A DNA stretch of 64,000 nt from Eutreptiella sp. 'Long Island Sound 2002' (Eukaryota; Protista; Euglenida): contig OZ038379.1 of assembly GCA_964036045.1 (NCBI GenBank), positions 8,742,001 through 8,806,000 on the forward strand, given 5' to 3'. A model generated the notes under the pieces. The model was given only the letters and a program-made list of their open reading frames with translations, had not been told where the DNA came from and did not search any database. Numbering within the stretch: the first letter of the stretch is position 1; each line of letters begins with the position of its first letter. Positions 41,150 to 53,900 of this stretch are shown here, piece after piece. Position numbers and translations under genes: made by a program.

Positions 41150-42399
41150 TGGATGACCCGATGTACCCCCGCCTTTAAATTATAAAAAGGCTAAGGAGGG
41201 GAGGAGGGAGGAGGGGAAGCAGGACAGGGGGGGGGGGGAGTGCTGGGGGCCCGGTGGCAGAACTTTCGTTACCCCGCTGCGCTATACTAACTGCAGGTTT
41301 TCTCAATTTAGAGACGAAAGGTCTTTCCTTTTGGTTTTCTCAATTTTGAGCCGAAAGGTCTTTTCAGGTCGTGACTTCATGGGGTTTGGCTGGGCGGAGT
41401 AGGACGAGCACTTCTGCGGTTTATGCAGCTTTTGTCATGTCAGCGATTTTGGCGGATTTTGTGACCTTTTGGTACCCTCTGAGGGGGGTGGGATACGGAT
41501 GTCGTCCATGCTAGGATATAAAAGGACGTGTTTTGCAGCCTCTAGTCTTGCCGAGGGCCGGTCATGGCCTATTTGAAAGACGCAAAGTTACCTTTGAAGA
41601 TTTGAAGTCACCTTTTTCACCAAAAATGGCCTTCATGGGTTGGCTGAAAAATCGCAATTTTGGGGGCACCGCCGACAGCCCTAAGGACCCTTGGGGCAAG
41701 CCTAGGTGGTCATTTGGTGACAATGGAAAAACACACAAACCCATGGGGAGCCATGTAGCCCCAAGTTGGCCCTTGTAGTGGTGCCTATTGGCCTCTAAAA
41801 GCACCGTTTTGCGCTTATGTGCACCGTGGTGGGCAAAACTTGGTCCCATTCCACTTGTTTCTGCTATAGGGACCCCCTAAGCAATGGTGGTGGCCCCGGG
41901 TTCCATCTCTAGATACCCCCAATCAGCCTTGACGAGTCCTTACTAGCCATTTTAAGGTCAGCATGGGTTGGTCGGAAAATTATGATATCTGGGTGACCTC
42001 TGACAACCCCAGGGACCTTTGGGCCAGGCTTGATCATTTTGTGACAATGGGAATACATATAAACCCAGAGGGGGCCATTTTCACAAATCAAGCCCACCTA
42101 TAAGTCCATATGTGCAGACGGATAGGCGACAAGGTGGGAGCCACTTGGTCCTGCCTTGCTCGGGGCAATTTCTGTGACCGATAGACTTGCTGAAGGCAAC
42201 AAACAAAGCAGCATGAGAAGGCCTTTCCAAGTGCAATTTGATCAAAAGGGTATGTCACACTGTTTTGTTGAATGCCTCATTGCCACATGGTCCGGACCTC
42301 TGGTTGCGAGCTACGCTCTGGCTGGTGTCAGCAGTGATGACCACATCTTGACCATGTGGTAGTTGGAACACCTGCCGCATGTTCTTCCATTGGGTGAAA

Positions 42400-42560
42400 T
42401 TTTGGTCGTGGACTCCCCAAACAAACCTCAAACCATGTACAAAAGAGCAAATACAAAGCTGTCCATGGGTTGCATTTGGGTTGTTTTGGGGAACGGTTTG
42501 AAGTCTAGAACACACATTGGAAGAGTTTTACAATACATTTTTCCATGAGGGCTAGTGATT
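42400..42560 (-). pseudogene. pogo/Tigger-like (DDE_1) transposase remnant
   Basis: FKPFPKTTQMQPMDSFVF resembles the lP.nTT..lQPlD..vf motif of DDE_1 transposases; the surrounding frame is broken. Confidence 0.4.
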
Positions 42561-43256
42561 GTATATTTGGATTCTCCACATCAAAACGCACAATATTACC
42601 CCGTTTCACTGTTGGCTGAAGTGACAACATGTTGGGGCACTAATGGCAACGTGAACATCTACCCTATAGGCAACAGCTTGGGCAACAGGCTTGACCGCTG
42701 TTTTTGGCGATTTTTTCAGCATGTGTTGCATCTTGGATGTCTTCCACTCGCTTGTGAAGAAGAAAGTGTCCTTGCCACTGTGGGTGGGATTAAGGGGCTT
42801 CTGCAAACGCAGCAGCATGATGCACATTCAGTGATTGCACCCCCCCATCCCCTAGGCTCCCCATCATAAGAGGTGTAATTGTCAAAGGACAACCAGTTAC
42901 ATGCAATGTTTTGTGGTGCACCTACCCTTTTGCAACTAGATTCAACCCCATCATCACCAATGTGCTCTTTTGTGCCATGGAGTGCACTGTGTTATGGGTG
43001 AGGCAGGCCACGCCCTTTTCAGGACCAATAAACAGCTGCCTGAAGGTGCTGTCTTTGAGGGAGTGTTTGTCCGGTGTGCTACTTTTGTGCCAAGTATCCC
43101 AACTTTAGCCCCAGTTTTACCCTCACCAAGAGAAGTTCCCCGAGGAAACCCCGAGAAAGTCAAGAGAACGACGGTCAGACGAGTTCCCGTGCTTAGACAA
43201 GCCTGTGCTTAGACAAGCCCGTGCTTGCGCGCGACGCGCGGCACCAAAACAATGTA

Positions 43257-44472
43257 CCCCCCGCCCCCCTTGCAAACTCCCGGGTTAGCGCGCGACGGTC
43301 TCCCGGGTGGGGGGGGGAGACGGTCGCCAAGTGACGGTCTCCCGGGGGGGGGGGGGGGATTGCAAGGGTATTTCAAGGCAAACTGTGGTGCCCTCCACTG
43401 ATGCAAGCAAAGAGAACATGTGTGAAGCGACTTTCGCGTTGATGCCAATGTGCTTCATCCAACACAAATGTTATTGAGGATCCAAAGGAACGGTAAAGAA
43501 CTTCTGGGTACGTGTGTGGGCTGTGCCGGTGTTTGGGGTTGCGGAGCCATGGGGGTAACATCCGGTGACTCTGGAGACTTGGGTGATTCAACCGCCACAG
43601 CCTCTAGCCTTGAGAGTTGAGCACTCTCATGATCCACCGTAGTGCACATCTTGGGTCTGAAGTAGCAACACAACACACCTATACAACGCCTTTGGAGAGA
43701 GAATATCACAGAACACACACAGGTGCTTGATTTGAAGTAATGGGAAAAGCAATGCAAGGCCATGCGTAAAGCAGATGGGCAACACAAACCAGCAGGGGGT
43801 ACGTCGCCAAAAACCTGCCCATACCTCACCCTAAGCACAATTGTTGCAACAGGGCATGTATACAGTGTATACACTTATGGCAGCGGGCTTGCGCAAGGGG
43901 AGAGGGTATGGAGGTGGTGGCATGTCCATTGGTTGGAAGTGGGTGGGGGTGATGACAATGGTAAAAGTGGTAGTGATGGTGATGGTGAGGTATCGAGGGT
44001 TGTGCTGCAGCCAGTTTGGCTAGAAAGGGAAAGGGGGGGCGTGCACTATGCATCTTTTTACGCTGAAATGCCAAAACCAACACAATACCAAGCACGATCC
44101 AAGATTACTCCGTACTAGGGACTCGGGGATGGAGCTCCATCAACACAATATACGAACTTTTTGTCAACAAAAATCTTTTCTGATGTCTTGTCCATGATGA
44201 AAGTCATCATGGACCCCTTTTTGGCCACCGGTGCAGGGACATGGCAATGCTCCCTATTCTTAGCATCCCTTTTCATTACCCATGGCTGACAATCACATCA
44301 AAACAAACAGCATTAGGTTGCAGTTCCCCCTTTTCCCTCTGCGATCGCAGCACAACCCCGTCACGTTACATTTCTGACCACGAAAACTGTGGTCAGAAAA
44401 AACCTGGAAAATGACGGTCAGACAGGCTCCCGTGCTTGGACAAGGGGGTGCTTGCACAAGGGGGGGGCGGGG
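43257..44472. mobile_element. Probable TA-flanked TIR element of the CCC...GGG group
   Basis: TA|cccccgccccccttg ... caaggggggggcgggg|TA. Left end carries ggtcgccaagtgacggtc as in 38134-38859. Confidence 0.45.
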
Positions 44473-46816
44473 TACATTCACCATCACAACCACCTCTTTC
44501 ACCTCATAGGAGCACCACGTGCGATCGTCCTCCGAAATGGCACCAGCTGCTGTGCACAAAATCGCAGGCTCCATTTCCAGGTTTCAAGTGCAAGCAACAA
44601 TATAAGCTCAATTAGGCACCCCTGCCCCCGGAGAACTCAGCTACACACAATGGTCCCTCACGCACCCTAGGGGGACCAGTGCCAAAACAACGATTCCCTC
44701 ACCTCTCCCCAGCCCTGAAAGAACATCAAGGGACATGGCACACAGAGCAAGACATGCACACAGCAAAGGCTCTTCATGCACAAAGCATAGCATATGTTGT
44801 GGGATGTGCTCCACTGATTACCCCCTTCTTACGCAAGCATTGCCTTGCCAGTATGAGATTCCCAGCTGCCTATTGTCCTCTGACCGCCGTTTTGTGATCA
44901 AGAAGACAAGGACAAGATGACATGTTTGTGAGCGGGCTGTAGTGGTAAAGAGGCCTGTGAAGAGTCGGCTACGCTCATACCAGGATTCTGCTGGAGGCGG
45001 CGGCCAACTTCTGTTTTTTGCGTGTGATTATTAGGGAACATTGCGGTCATGTGGGCCAAACCCCCAAAAAAGGGAGAAACCTGTGTGAGGTGTGCATAAG
45101 TGTGACCTATTGTAAGCATAGGCTCCCCATCTGACAGTCGTTTGTTGGTGATGTCTCCGTTGGTATTGGCGGCTGGCAGAGGGGAAGTAATGGTCATGCA
45201 GGGGAGTATCCAATTGGACAACGGAGGTTGCTCTTGACTTTTTTTTTGTGTTCGACTTTCGAAGTGTGCGACGTCAAACAGACGGCTGAAAGTGCCATGA
45301 AAGTGCTCAGGTAAGATCCTGGGGTCAAGTGTCTCTGAGATTTGGCAATGCCAAGCCTCCACAGGGTGAGTGTGTTAGTGAGGTCCGTGCATTTCAAATC
45401 CACTTAGTAGAGGACACCATGAGTACAGCATTCGCTGTCACGCCAAAAGGCATCATGTTGTAAGAGTCAGGTGTACGTGCAGAGTCGGTATCCAGTGGAC
45501 CACCGATTCATCCAGGTAAAAGACTGTTATACAGCCCAAGGGGGCGGAGACATAGTACACTGCTTGGTCGATCACAAAGGAAGAGGCATTCAGGAGAATG
45601 CCCATAATCTTAACTCGAGACCTGCTCTCTATCGTGCCATATCTGATCAACGAAATCGCTGGCGCCCGTGTATGCGAGCCGCATTCTACCACTCCTCGAT
45701 GACAGGTTATAGGTTTCACAAACACACATAAAGAGTGTAACTGGCCGGAGGTTGTTCTTGACATTCATGCGCTGTGGCATCCTGCTCCGAAATCACAAAT
45801 CGCCATCGATACGCTGTTGCAAGGGCAGGACAATGGAGCGACTTGTGTGTGTGTGTGTGTGTGCTTGTCAATCCACTGGGCAGCATTCAAGCCCTGGAAG
45901 CAACGGGTGCATCGAGTCTGCCGTGCTTCAACTGACACACGCGCACAGCGTCCAGAGTCCCCCCAAAGACACGAGAGCAAGTGACAAGAGCCGTGGGATA
46001 CTATTGCAGGAGCGCCGGGGTTCGCAACGCGCGGTCCCCCTCGTGCCATGACCGGCAGTGCCAGGCATGGGCCGACCCAAGGATGTCAGCTGCGAACTAA
46101 GGCGTCCCGCTTGCAGGCATACCAACGACCAGAGGCCCTGTTCTTGCCTCAGGGACCCTGCGACGTACGGACAACAACAACGACCACCTCAGAAGGGCAT
46201 CAGCACACGGTGCAGCAGACATTCGCCGGCGGTCCGGCAGAAAGGGGGCAGGACAGAGAATATGGTGGGGTCAACAGGGACTGCACGCCATTGGCACACA
46301 AACGATCCACAGCACCACACGTAATAAGGCCTGGGACCGGGCTCTGCACCCTTGCCCCCCTCCCCAAGCCCCCCCCCCTTGCTAGCACAGCGGTGAAAGC
46401 GTTGAGACTGACGGGAACAAAGCCTCCTCTTGTTCCAAGGTATCACACAGCACGCACTGGCAGAACACTAAACCGCGCACCGCCAAAATCCATGGTGCAA
46501 AAATGAGGAGAACCAACGCCCAGTGTTGCTTGGCCATAGAACAGTGGAAAGTTCAGCAATAGGTCCCCACCGACAGACCTATGCCCTCAATCAGCAAGTA
46601 TCACGCGGCGGAGCCGCGGCACACATTGTCCCATCTGTCCAGCGAAGCGCCACAGCTCTCCTTCGGATACGGCGCCGGAGGCGCCGCCACAGTTCTTCAG
46701 GATAGGTCAGGTCGCCCTCCCTACCCTCAGCAGGAACTGGGTTGAGCTGACAGGTACCTCCGAGACGAAGATAAAACCACCCCCCGTGTCGACCACTATG
46801 ATGAACCCCCAGCGAC

Positions 46817-46890
46817 CTGTCCGCCGGGTTTCGAACCCACGACCCATGACGTGGGAGACAAGCGTGTTTCCGATATGCTACCGTCCGATG
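46817..46890 (-). mobile_element. tRNA-Gly-like SINE head / tRNA pseudogene
   Basis: A-box-like TAGCATATCGG, loop CT-CCC-AC and B box GGTTCGAAACC. The stems do not pair well, so it is not a functional tRNA. Confidence 0.45.
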
Positions 46891-47114
46891 TGCTGTGTAC
46901 CGGCCGTGGAAACCACCAGGTCTCTCCCCCCCCCACCGACCCCAGCGGTTGCTGCTGCGGTATGCACTTAGTGCAGACCTTCAAGGCGGAAATGCCCGGT
47001 GGCGTGCTCGTCGACCTCGCCACCGACCGTGGCTTGGGAGCCACGCGTGTTTCTGGTATGCTCCTCCCCCGTTGTTGCCCCGTGCTCCAGAGGCGCCACT
47101 GGCACCCCTCCGTC

Positions 47115-48206
47115 TCAGGACTCGATCCCCCTCCGCCGTCTCTTCCTGCTCTCACTCACGTCCGTACTGAACCCATCACTGTCACTGTCCCACGTCCCCC
47201 GCAACCGCGTGTCACTGACATCCGTACTGAATGACATGTCTTCCGAGCTGGACAGAAAAACGTCTTCGTCGTCCGACGTTGACGATGCGGTCGAACTGCC
47301 GCTTGACGTCCCCCCGGAGTCCACCTCTGACCCCAGGTCCCGGTCGGACACTTCTGCCATGGGCTCCAGCCCCAATGCATCCCACTCCGTGACTCGGCGT
47401 CGTTTGGATAGGGGCAGCAGGTTATAGGGGTGCAGCTCCCGGCCCTGCCCCGCTAGTTCATCGGCTGCCTCATTACCGGCCACCCCGAGGTGCGATGGCA
47501 CCCAGCGGACCTGTAACTTGTCCCCCGCCTCCCCGCGAAGCCAATCAATGTGCTCCCACAAGTCTCTGTGCCCCACCTCCCCTGACGACGTGCGCCACCC
47601 GTGCCTCTTCCACTTGTCCGTCCACACTGTGATTGCCTTAAAAATGTATTCGGAATCCACCACCACCACCATCCGCTCCCCCGCCTCCCGACTGAGCATC
47701 GCATGTAGCACCCCTCGCAACTCCCCCCTGCTGATACTCTGTCGCTCATGAGCTGGCACGTGCGCCCGAAAATTACGATTACTGTTGTCCCCGAACCAAA
47801 CCCCATACCCTGCTTGCATCCAACCTCGGACGCGTTTCGCCGAGCCATCCGTGTACACTATGACCCACCCCTCACCCGACATCCCCTCTAGTTCCGCCAA
47901 CAAAGATGGTTTGTGGCTACCCCACTTTTCCTCCTTTAACTTCAGCGGGTCTGGTCGCGCTGACGGCAGCTTGGCCGTCGTGGGGGCTTGGGGCGCCCTG
48001 TGGAACATCGTCTTATGGTCCGCCCAGCTGTGGAGCTGTGCTATCAAATGGCGCAGATCGACTCGACTGCACGACATGTTGCGCTCCCCCCTCCAAATTT
48101 CCAACACACCCACCCAAACAGCTACAAACTCCTCCAACGAAACCTGCCGATGCTGATACTTTACCTCGCACCGCAGCCTCCACTGCGCACGCAGGCCTGC
48201 CCACAA
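47115..48206 (-). CDS. LINE ORF2 C-terminus with RNase HI domain
   Basis: All D-E-D-(H)-D catalytic residues are present; WKRHGW..V.HRDLW is typical of cellular-type RNase H1. Confidence 0.85.
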   Translation of the reverse strand: MWAGLRAQWRLRCEVKYQHRQVSLEEFVAVWVGVLEIWRGERNMSCSRVDLRHLIAQLHSWADHKTMFHRAPQAPTTAKLPSARPDPLKLKEEKWGSHKPSLLAELEGMSGEGWVIVYTDGSAKRVRGWMQAGYGVWFGDNSNRNFRAHVPAHERQSISRGELRGVLHAMLSREAGERMVVVVDSEYIFKAITVWTDKWKRHGWRTSSGEVGHRDLWEHIDWLRGEAGDKLQVRWVPSHLGVAGNEAADELAGQGRELHPYNLLPLSKRRRVTEWDALGLEPMAEVSDRDLGSEVDSGGTSSGSSTASSTSDDEDVFLSSSEDMSFSTDVSDTRLRGTWDSDSDGFSTDVSESRKRRRRGIES

Positions 48207-50540
48207 AACGAGGCCTTGCGTCGTCTGCAGCGATAGCAGAGGTTCCTCCAGCAGAAGCCTGCTGGGCTCTACTGCTCCCCCCCCCCCCCCTGCGCCAGGC
48301 CAAACGCCTTTCTCACCGTATCAAACATAAATGCCGAGAAGTAGCACCGCTTCAGCGTGTGCGCGTGGTCCTCCACCCGCCCGCACTTTGGACACAACTT
48401 ACCCCCCAGCCGCTCCATGCGAGCACCAACTGGCAGCTTGCGCCACAGAACCCTCCGTATAAAATCCAAATCCCATTTGGGGAGGTGTAGGCGCCCAAAC
48501 ACACGCCATACTTCCTCAGGCTGACGGGCCTCGTGGCGCGTGCGCTGCTGCATGGCCAAAAGGGTCCGTCGCTTCGCCCACTGCACCGACCAATTATCCA
48601 CCGGGGGGGTCGCCGGGACCGCAAAATTGGGTTCGTACATCCCCACCACCCTCAAAGCCGACTCCTCATAGATGGCACGCCATGTGGGGGCCACAGTGCC
48701 TAACAGCTGGGGTGGTATCTTGGACCCCGAGATGAGGTCACACCAGCGCAGCACCCCCCTCCGGTGCAGTGCCGGGCAGTAGTAGGTCAACCAAACCTTA
48801 TTACGAAAAAACACGCAGTGCCAAACGCCCAAGGACCACAATTCATGCAGGGGGGGGGGAGCCGGTGCCCCCCCCCCCCCCCCGTCGAACCACCGAGTAC
48901 GCCTTCACGGTACCCTGCAAAAAGGTAGGCTTGGGCAGATAGGCTTGGCTGGCTAGCTGTAGATAGGGAAGAAACGCCGGTTCCAGCACCAACCCCACTC
49001 GGTCGGCCCACCCCCGGAACGGCCGCGCATGTTGTTCTGCCAACGACGCTGGCCGCACCACTGCCTGAACAAACGTTTGGCTGTGTACCCAGGTCGCGTA
49101 CATACCCAATCCTACCTGCCCCAGACCCCCCTCCGCCGGAGGCAGAGCCAAGATCGGCATCGTGAGATGCCAGTAATTAATGTCCAGTGCCGCCCTGTGG
49201 ACCATGTTTAGTTGCGCCACCACATGCTCCGTCGGAGCATAGGCCCGTGCAGTCAAGTAGACCACTGGGGCTATCCACGTAGCGAACAGGTACGCCCGCT
49301 CCTCCATTCCCAGTGGCAACGTGGCCAGGGTGCGTGCCCGCGCCAGCATTTTTGCGACCACGGGTGCGTATGCACCAGCCGCTGTCACATTACCCAACTG
49401 GATGCCCTGTAGCTTCTGACCTGTTTGCTCATCTAAAAGCTCGAGGCCCATCTCAGTGTACCATTCTTCCTTTTTCGCACAGGCGTGCTCATACGCCTTT
49501 TTGGAAAGACCAACGCGAATACGCTTAGAATGGACGATATGCACTGCCACGTCCTTACCAGAGAACAGCTCCCCCAACTCCCAAAAAGCAGCCAACACGT
49601 ACGAGAAGAAAAACTTCAGGTGTTTATCCCGAAAGGCTGCAGACATGCTGACCTCCAGACGGTGCGCTGATTTTTGCACCGCAGAACCAGTATACCAGGG
49701 CAGCGGCAGAATAGCAAACCTTGGGTAGCGGCCGAACTCCTCCACCAGACGGGACGCCTGTCCATAGTCCAACTCCACGAACATGAACTTGCTCGCCTGG
49801 GCGTCCGACCCAGGCACGATATCGACCTCCTCGCGGGATTTGGAGATGGAGGCCAGCAACTGATCCTCCCAGGAAACGGCATACTGCAGAACCAGCACCT
49901 GGTACTTGATGTCCGGCTCCCGAAAAAGCACCCCATCCGCTGATTCCCCCGGCTGCCGCAGGTTGATCATTTTGTAGATGACGGATGCCGACTCAGACCT
50001 AGACTGATGTGACGTCCGAATAACCCAGGCATCATACGTCTCAGAGCGAGAAATGGACCCCAGCAGCCTATCGACCTGCCCGATGCGGTCCGGCAGGAAA
50101 GGCAATTGATCTTTCAAACGCATCGCATTATTGAGGAAGGACGAGCTATCAACGGCCGATGATTTTGCATACAGAATGACGTCCAGCTGCGCCACCGTCG
50201 TCAGCAATTTCACGATTTTACGCATGTAGTCAAGCAGATCATCCAACTGATCCGCAGCATACACCAGAAGCAAATTCGGGGACGCACCCCAGAAGACCGC
50301 CCGCATTTGCTCCACAGAGGTAACCTCGTCAAGAATCGAAAACTTGGAAGAAACGCGCGTGTGGTCAGGGAAACCAGCAGAAACAAACATGTCGTTTTGA
50401 ATGATGAAGTCCGGGTTGCAAAGCATAGACATGGCCTTCAGCTGGGCTGAATCTGTCGCCGTCCAGACTGGATCACCCGTCGTCTGGTGCGACTCTCGCA
50501 CGTCGGCGGCACTGCGTTGGCCTTTCGACGACGTGGACAT
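47115..50540 (-). mobile_element. Non-LTR retrotransposon (L1/Tx1-like) lacking endonuclease and RT core, with zf-RVT and C-terminal RNase H
   Basis: ORF 50540-48843: putative ORF1, then GIQLG...LALPPAEGGLG (post-RT region). 48841-48269: CPKCGRVEDHAHTLKRC (zf-RVT). 48206-47115: YTDGS, RGEL, VDSEY, WVPSH and GNEAADELA (RNase HI). The two frame changes coincide with poly-C runs (~48868-48883 and ~48275-48290). Confidence 0.85.
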
Positions 50541-50939
50541 GGCGAAGCGATGGCAGCTGCTGTCAGCCACCCAAGTGGTAAGAGCGTGGGCTCTCTGGGT
50601 CTATTCCGCTTGTGGGCGCGGTCGACACACTCAGCAAAAAAGCGGAGCGCAGGACATCATACTAGCGCCCACCCCCAGTGTTGCTTGGACATGGGCGACG
50701 CTTGGCCATAGATCGGCGATGGTCGTCACCCTCCAGAAGCACTCCGGTACACTCGCACAGGGGGAATCCTTGCACTGCGCGCGCACTACGCGCTACTTTT
50801 AGACTATGTTCCCCCCGAAGAGCCCCCAGGCACACCCCTTGGAAACGCCCTTAGAATTAGGTGACCCAAACTGCCCCAGCTCAAGAAAGTTGCAAACTAC
50901 CTTCCCTTCACATAACACACATCATGCACAAGTGGAAAA

Positions 50940-51365
50940 GCCATGAACAGCGCATTGCCCCTTGCTCCTTTTCGGCCCTTCACGATCCCAAATGAGAACA
51001 TCCGCCGATGTCCCGGGGGCCAACGGACAGATCCAAACGATGTTGCCAAGGCTGTCAATGGCAACCGTAACTTTATATACGCACCCGGCGTATTTAGGAT
51101 TAAACAGGACATCATAAAGGATGCGTCCTATGGAAGCAATGGGCATGCTATCCACGTAATGCGTCACAAAATATGGAAAGTGTGGGACGTGGTTCCACTC
51201 CGACAATCTTTCCGGCCATCGAATTTCAGCGACAACACCATTCAAGTGAGAACGAACACGATGCACACTTGCCCACCAAGCCTCCTCAGAGCACCCCGTT
51301 GCTCCAGAGAGGAGATTAGCACACCTATGAGGTGGAGTGTGCTTAAGGAAGAAAAAGAAGCAGAA
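50940..51365 (-). pseudogene. PIF/Harbinger (IS5-like) DDE transposase fragment
   Basis: FFLKH..(HTH-like)...YVDSMPI...KYAGCVYKVTVAIDSLGNIVWICPLAPGTSADVLIW matches the DDE_Tnp_4 pattern; truncated before the last catalytic residue. Confidence 0.75.
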
Positions 51366-52214
51366 CAAAGGGGGACGAAACCAGAAGTCAAAACCTCCGC
51401 TAGGGGTCACCATGATGCCCCTAGGGGCCCCTAGTATCTCAAAGTATGGGTCTCCAGTACGGCCAGACGCCCAAATAGTTGCACTGCGCACGCACTGCGC
51501 GCGCACTACGCTTAAGGCGCCCCCACAGTTCAGTATCACAAACGTGTGCATCGGCAACGTGTCCGTGCCCGAGGGCAGAACCAACCGTAGGTCACCAATG
51601 GTTGTCCTGATGGCCAGGGGCAGTTGTCTCTGCAGGGCAGTCGGGCAGTCAGAGAGAAATTCCCAGTTCATCTGTGGTGCACCCCCCAGCCAAGCAACCC
51701 CCGAAGCTCTGTCGGTGCGTGTCAACGCCGTTTGAACGAAATCCTGTTAGCGCCGGGCGGCGCTGTTTGGACAATGGATCCTGCGGTCATGAAAAGCAGC
51801 AGGGCGGTCATACACACATTGGGGCGGTCACAATTGGCAGCGAAACCGTCAAAACAACTGGTGGGGTAGTCGACAAAACTCGTGGGGTAGTCTGGGGGGC
51901 CTTTAACAACAACAACAACCCGTGCGGTGACACGTGGGTTTTAACAACAACAACAACAACCCCTTGTCCAAGCAACGGCAAATGACCAGAAGTTGACGGA
52001 ACCAACACCCAGTGCTGCTGGGCCATAATTCGACGATGGTCGTCACCCGCCAGAATCACTCTGGCATTGCAACAGTGCTTCATGTATCACGCGGCGGAGC
52101 ATTGTTCATGCTGTCCAGCAAGGCGCAGTCAGGTGCCGTCACGAGTTGTGCGTCCCGTCCAGCACGGCACCGTGCCGCGCCCCCACAGTTTAGGTCAGTC
52201 TCGTGCCTTTAGGC

Positions 52215-52440
52215 CACAACAGGATTTCTCTTGATTACCCTCCTGACCATCCGGCGCCGGGAGTCACTGACATCCGTACTGTAATCGGTCTCCAACACCA
52301 CCAGGGAACAGAGCTCATGTGTCCTATCCCGCGCCCGGTCACTGACATCCGTGGAGAACCCATCACTGAGCGACTTCGATGAGGACGACGATCCATGTCC
52401 TTATGGGTGTTGCTTGGGCAAGGGAGGGGTGGGGAGGGGC
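52215..52440 (-). mobile_element. 3' fragment of a LINE related to 47115-50540
   Basis: Minus translation SDGFSTDVSD...YSTDVSDSRRR parallels FSTDVSD...DGFSTDVSESRKRRR at the end of the RNase H ORF; shared gtcactgacatccgtac. Confidence 0.7.
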
Positions 52441-53539
52441 ATGTGTGCACTGTTTCGGCAGGGGAATGGACCGGCGGTCAGGCCGCTCCCATATTCGCGG
52501 GCGCCCGAAATATCATGCCGGCCAGTTCGCCAGCCAAGTGCCATTTTGGCACTATTTGGGTGTGCAGCGGGGAACAGCCCGTAATTTCAAATATACCTTT
52601 CCCTCCACTTCTCAGCAAGCAGAATCCATCTAAATTCGCTTGCGGCAAAAACTGCAATTTTTTTTGCCAGGGAATTGTGGTGTTTTGCACCGCCAGTCCC
52701 TGCGATCCGGCAGAGAACTTGTGGGGGGAAACGGGGGCCGACAACCGCCCTGCCTTGGCCCTCGCCCCCGACATTGCCCCACAACACGTGACAATGTCAC
52801 GCAGGGCGGTACATCGCCTGAGTAGCACTGCTGTCTGACCTGCTGTCCGCTGGGCAAGGGGAGCCTTGCGCACTGCACAGCGATGGCGACCTCCTCTCCC
52901 GCGGAGGGGTTTGCTCAAGCGACAGTCGCAGCAGTGGTCAGGCATGATCTGGGGTGTCCGTCAACCATCGACCATCACAGCAGTCGTTCAAACCACATGG
53001 GCAGTGACACATGGCAGCGGGGCAGAAAGCAAAAGCAGTAAGGCAGTCATAAGCAGCATTGGGCAGGCACCAAAGCACGTGGGGGACGGTGAGGGTGGGG
53101 TGGTTGGAGCCGGTCCCGCTGCGAACCACCACCCAGTTATCTGTCAAAGATTTGGGGCGGGGCTGTTGGGGGGGGGGGGGGTCAGGCACCTCCGAACAGT
53201 TGAGTATGCCGTCCAGGTAGCCTGATTCACGCACTGGCCCTCCCCAAAACCCGAGGGTTGCATCGGCTTGGGTATTTCCAGGCAATGGGTGTAACCTCGA
53301 GGGGAGCAGTCCTGAGGCGGTCATGGGGTGAGATGCACGACAACTTGAAATACTTGGTGGTCCTACGTCCTCATGGTTTTGGGACAAAAAAGAAATCGGG
53401 GCCACTTTGCGGCCCGAGTGAGACAAACTATGGTCCTGCATGTCACACCGCCGGGACTGCTATCTATCAAAACCCGTGGGCGGGGGGGGGGGGGGCACAT
53501 ACAAGGACCGGGCCTGGCTGCCCCTCGATGCATCAAAGG

Positions 53540-53900
53540 CAGTGGGGGGGGGGGTCATAAAAGAATTGGGGCAGACACAAAAAGCATTGCGGCAGTCATA
53601 AGAAGCATTGGGGTGGTTACATAGAAGCAGGATGGATTGTCATGAAAGCATCAAACACGGTGCGGCAGTCTGGAAAGCAGTCGCACAAGAAGCATCGGGG
53701 CAGTCACAAAAACGGGATTCATCAAACTTATCGGGACAGCCATGAAGGGCAGTGGTGCACAACAGTGGAAACCAGTGGGGCTGTCATAATACTCACTGGG
53801 ATAGCCATACAGGGCACTGGGTCAATGATAGAAAGCGCTGGGGCTGTCATAACAAGAATTGTGGTCAGTCATAAAACTCGTGGGCAGTCCCGGATCGGGA
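53540..53900. repeat. Degenerate minisatellite (gggcagtcataa..agcatt-like); related inverted tract at ~57510-57850
   Basis: Recurrent gggcagtcat/ggggctgtcat units. Confidence 0.5.

Noticed and set aside
45330-45760. LINE remnant suggested by SPCGGLALPNLRD
   Set aside because: A single short motif in a stop-riddled frame is too weak to annotate as a feature.
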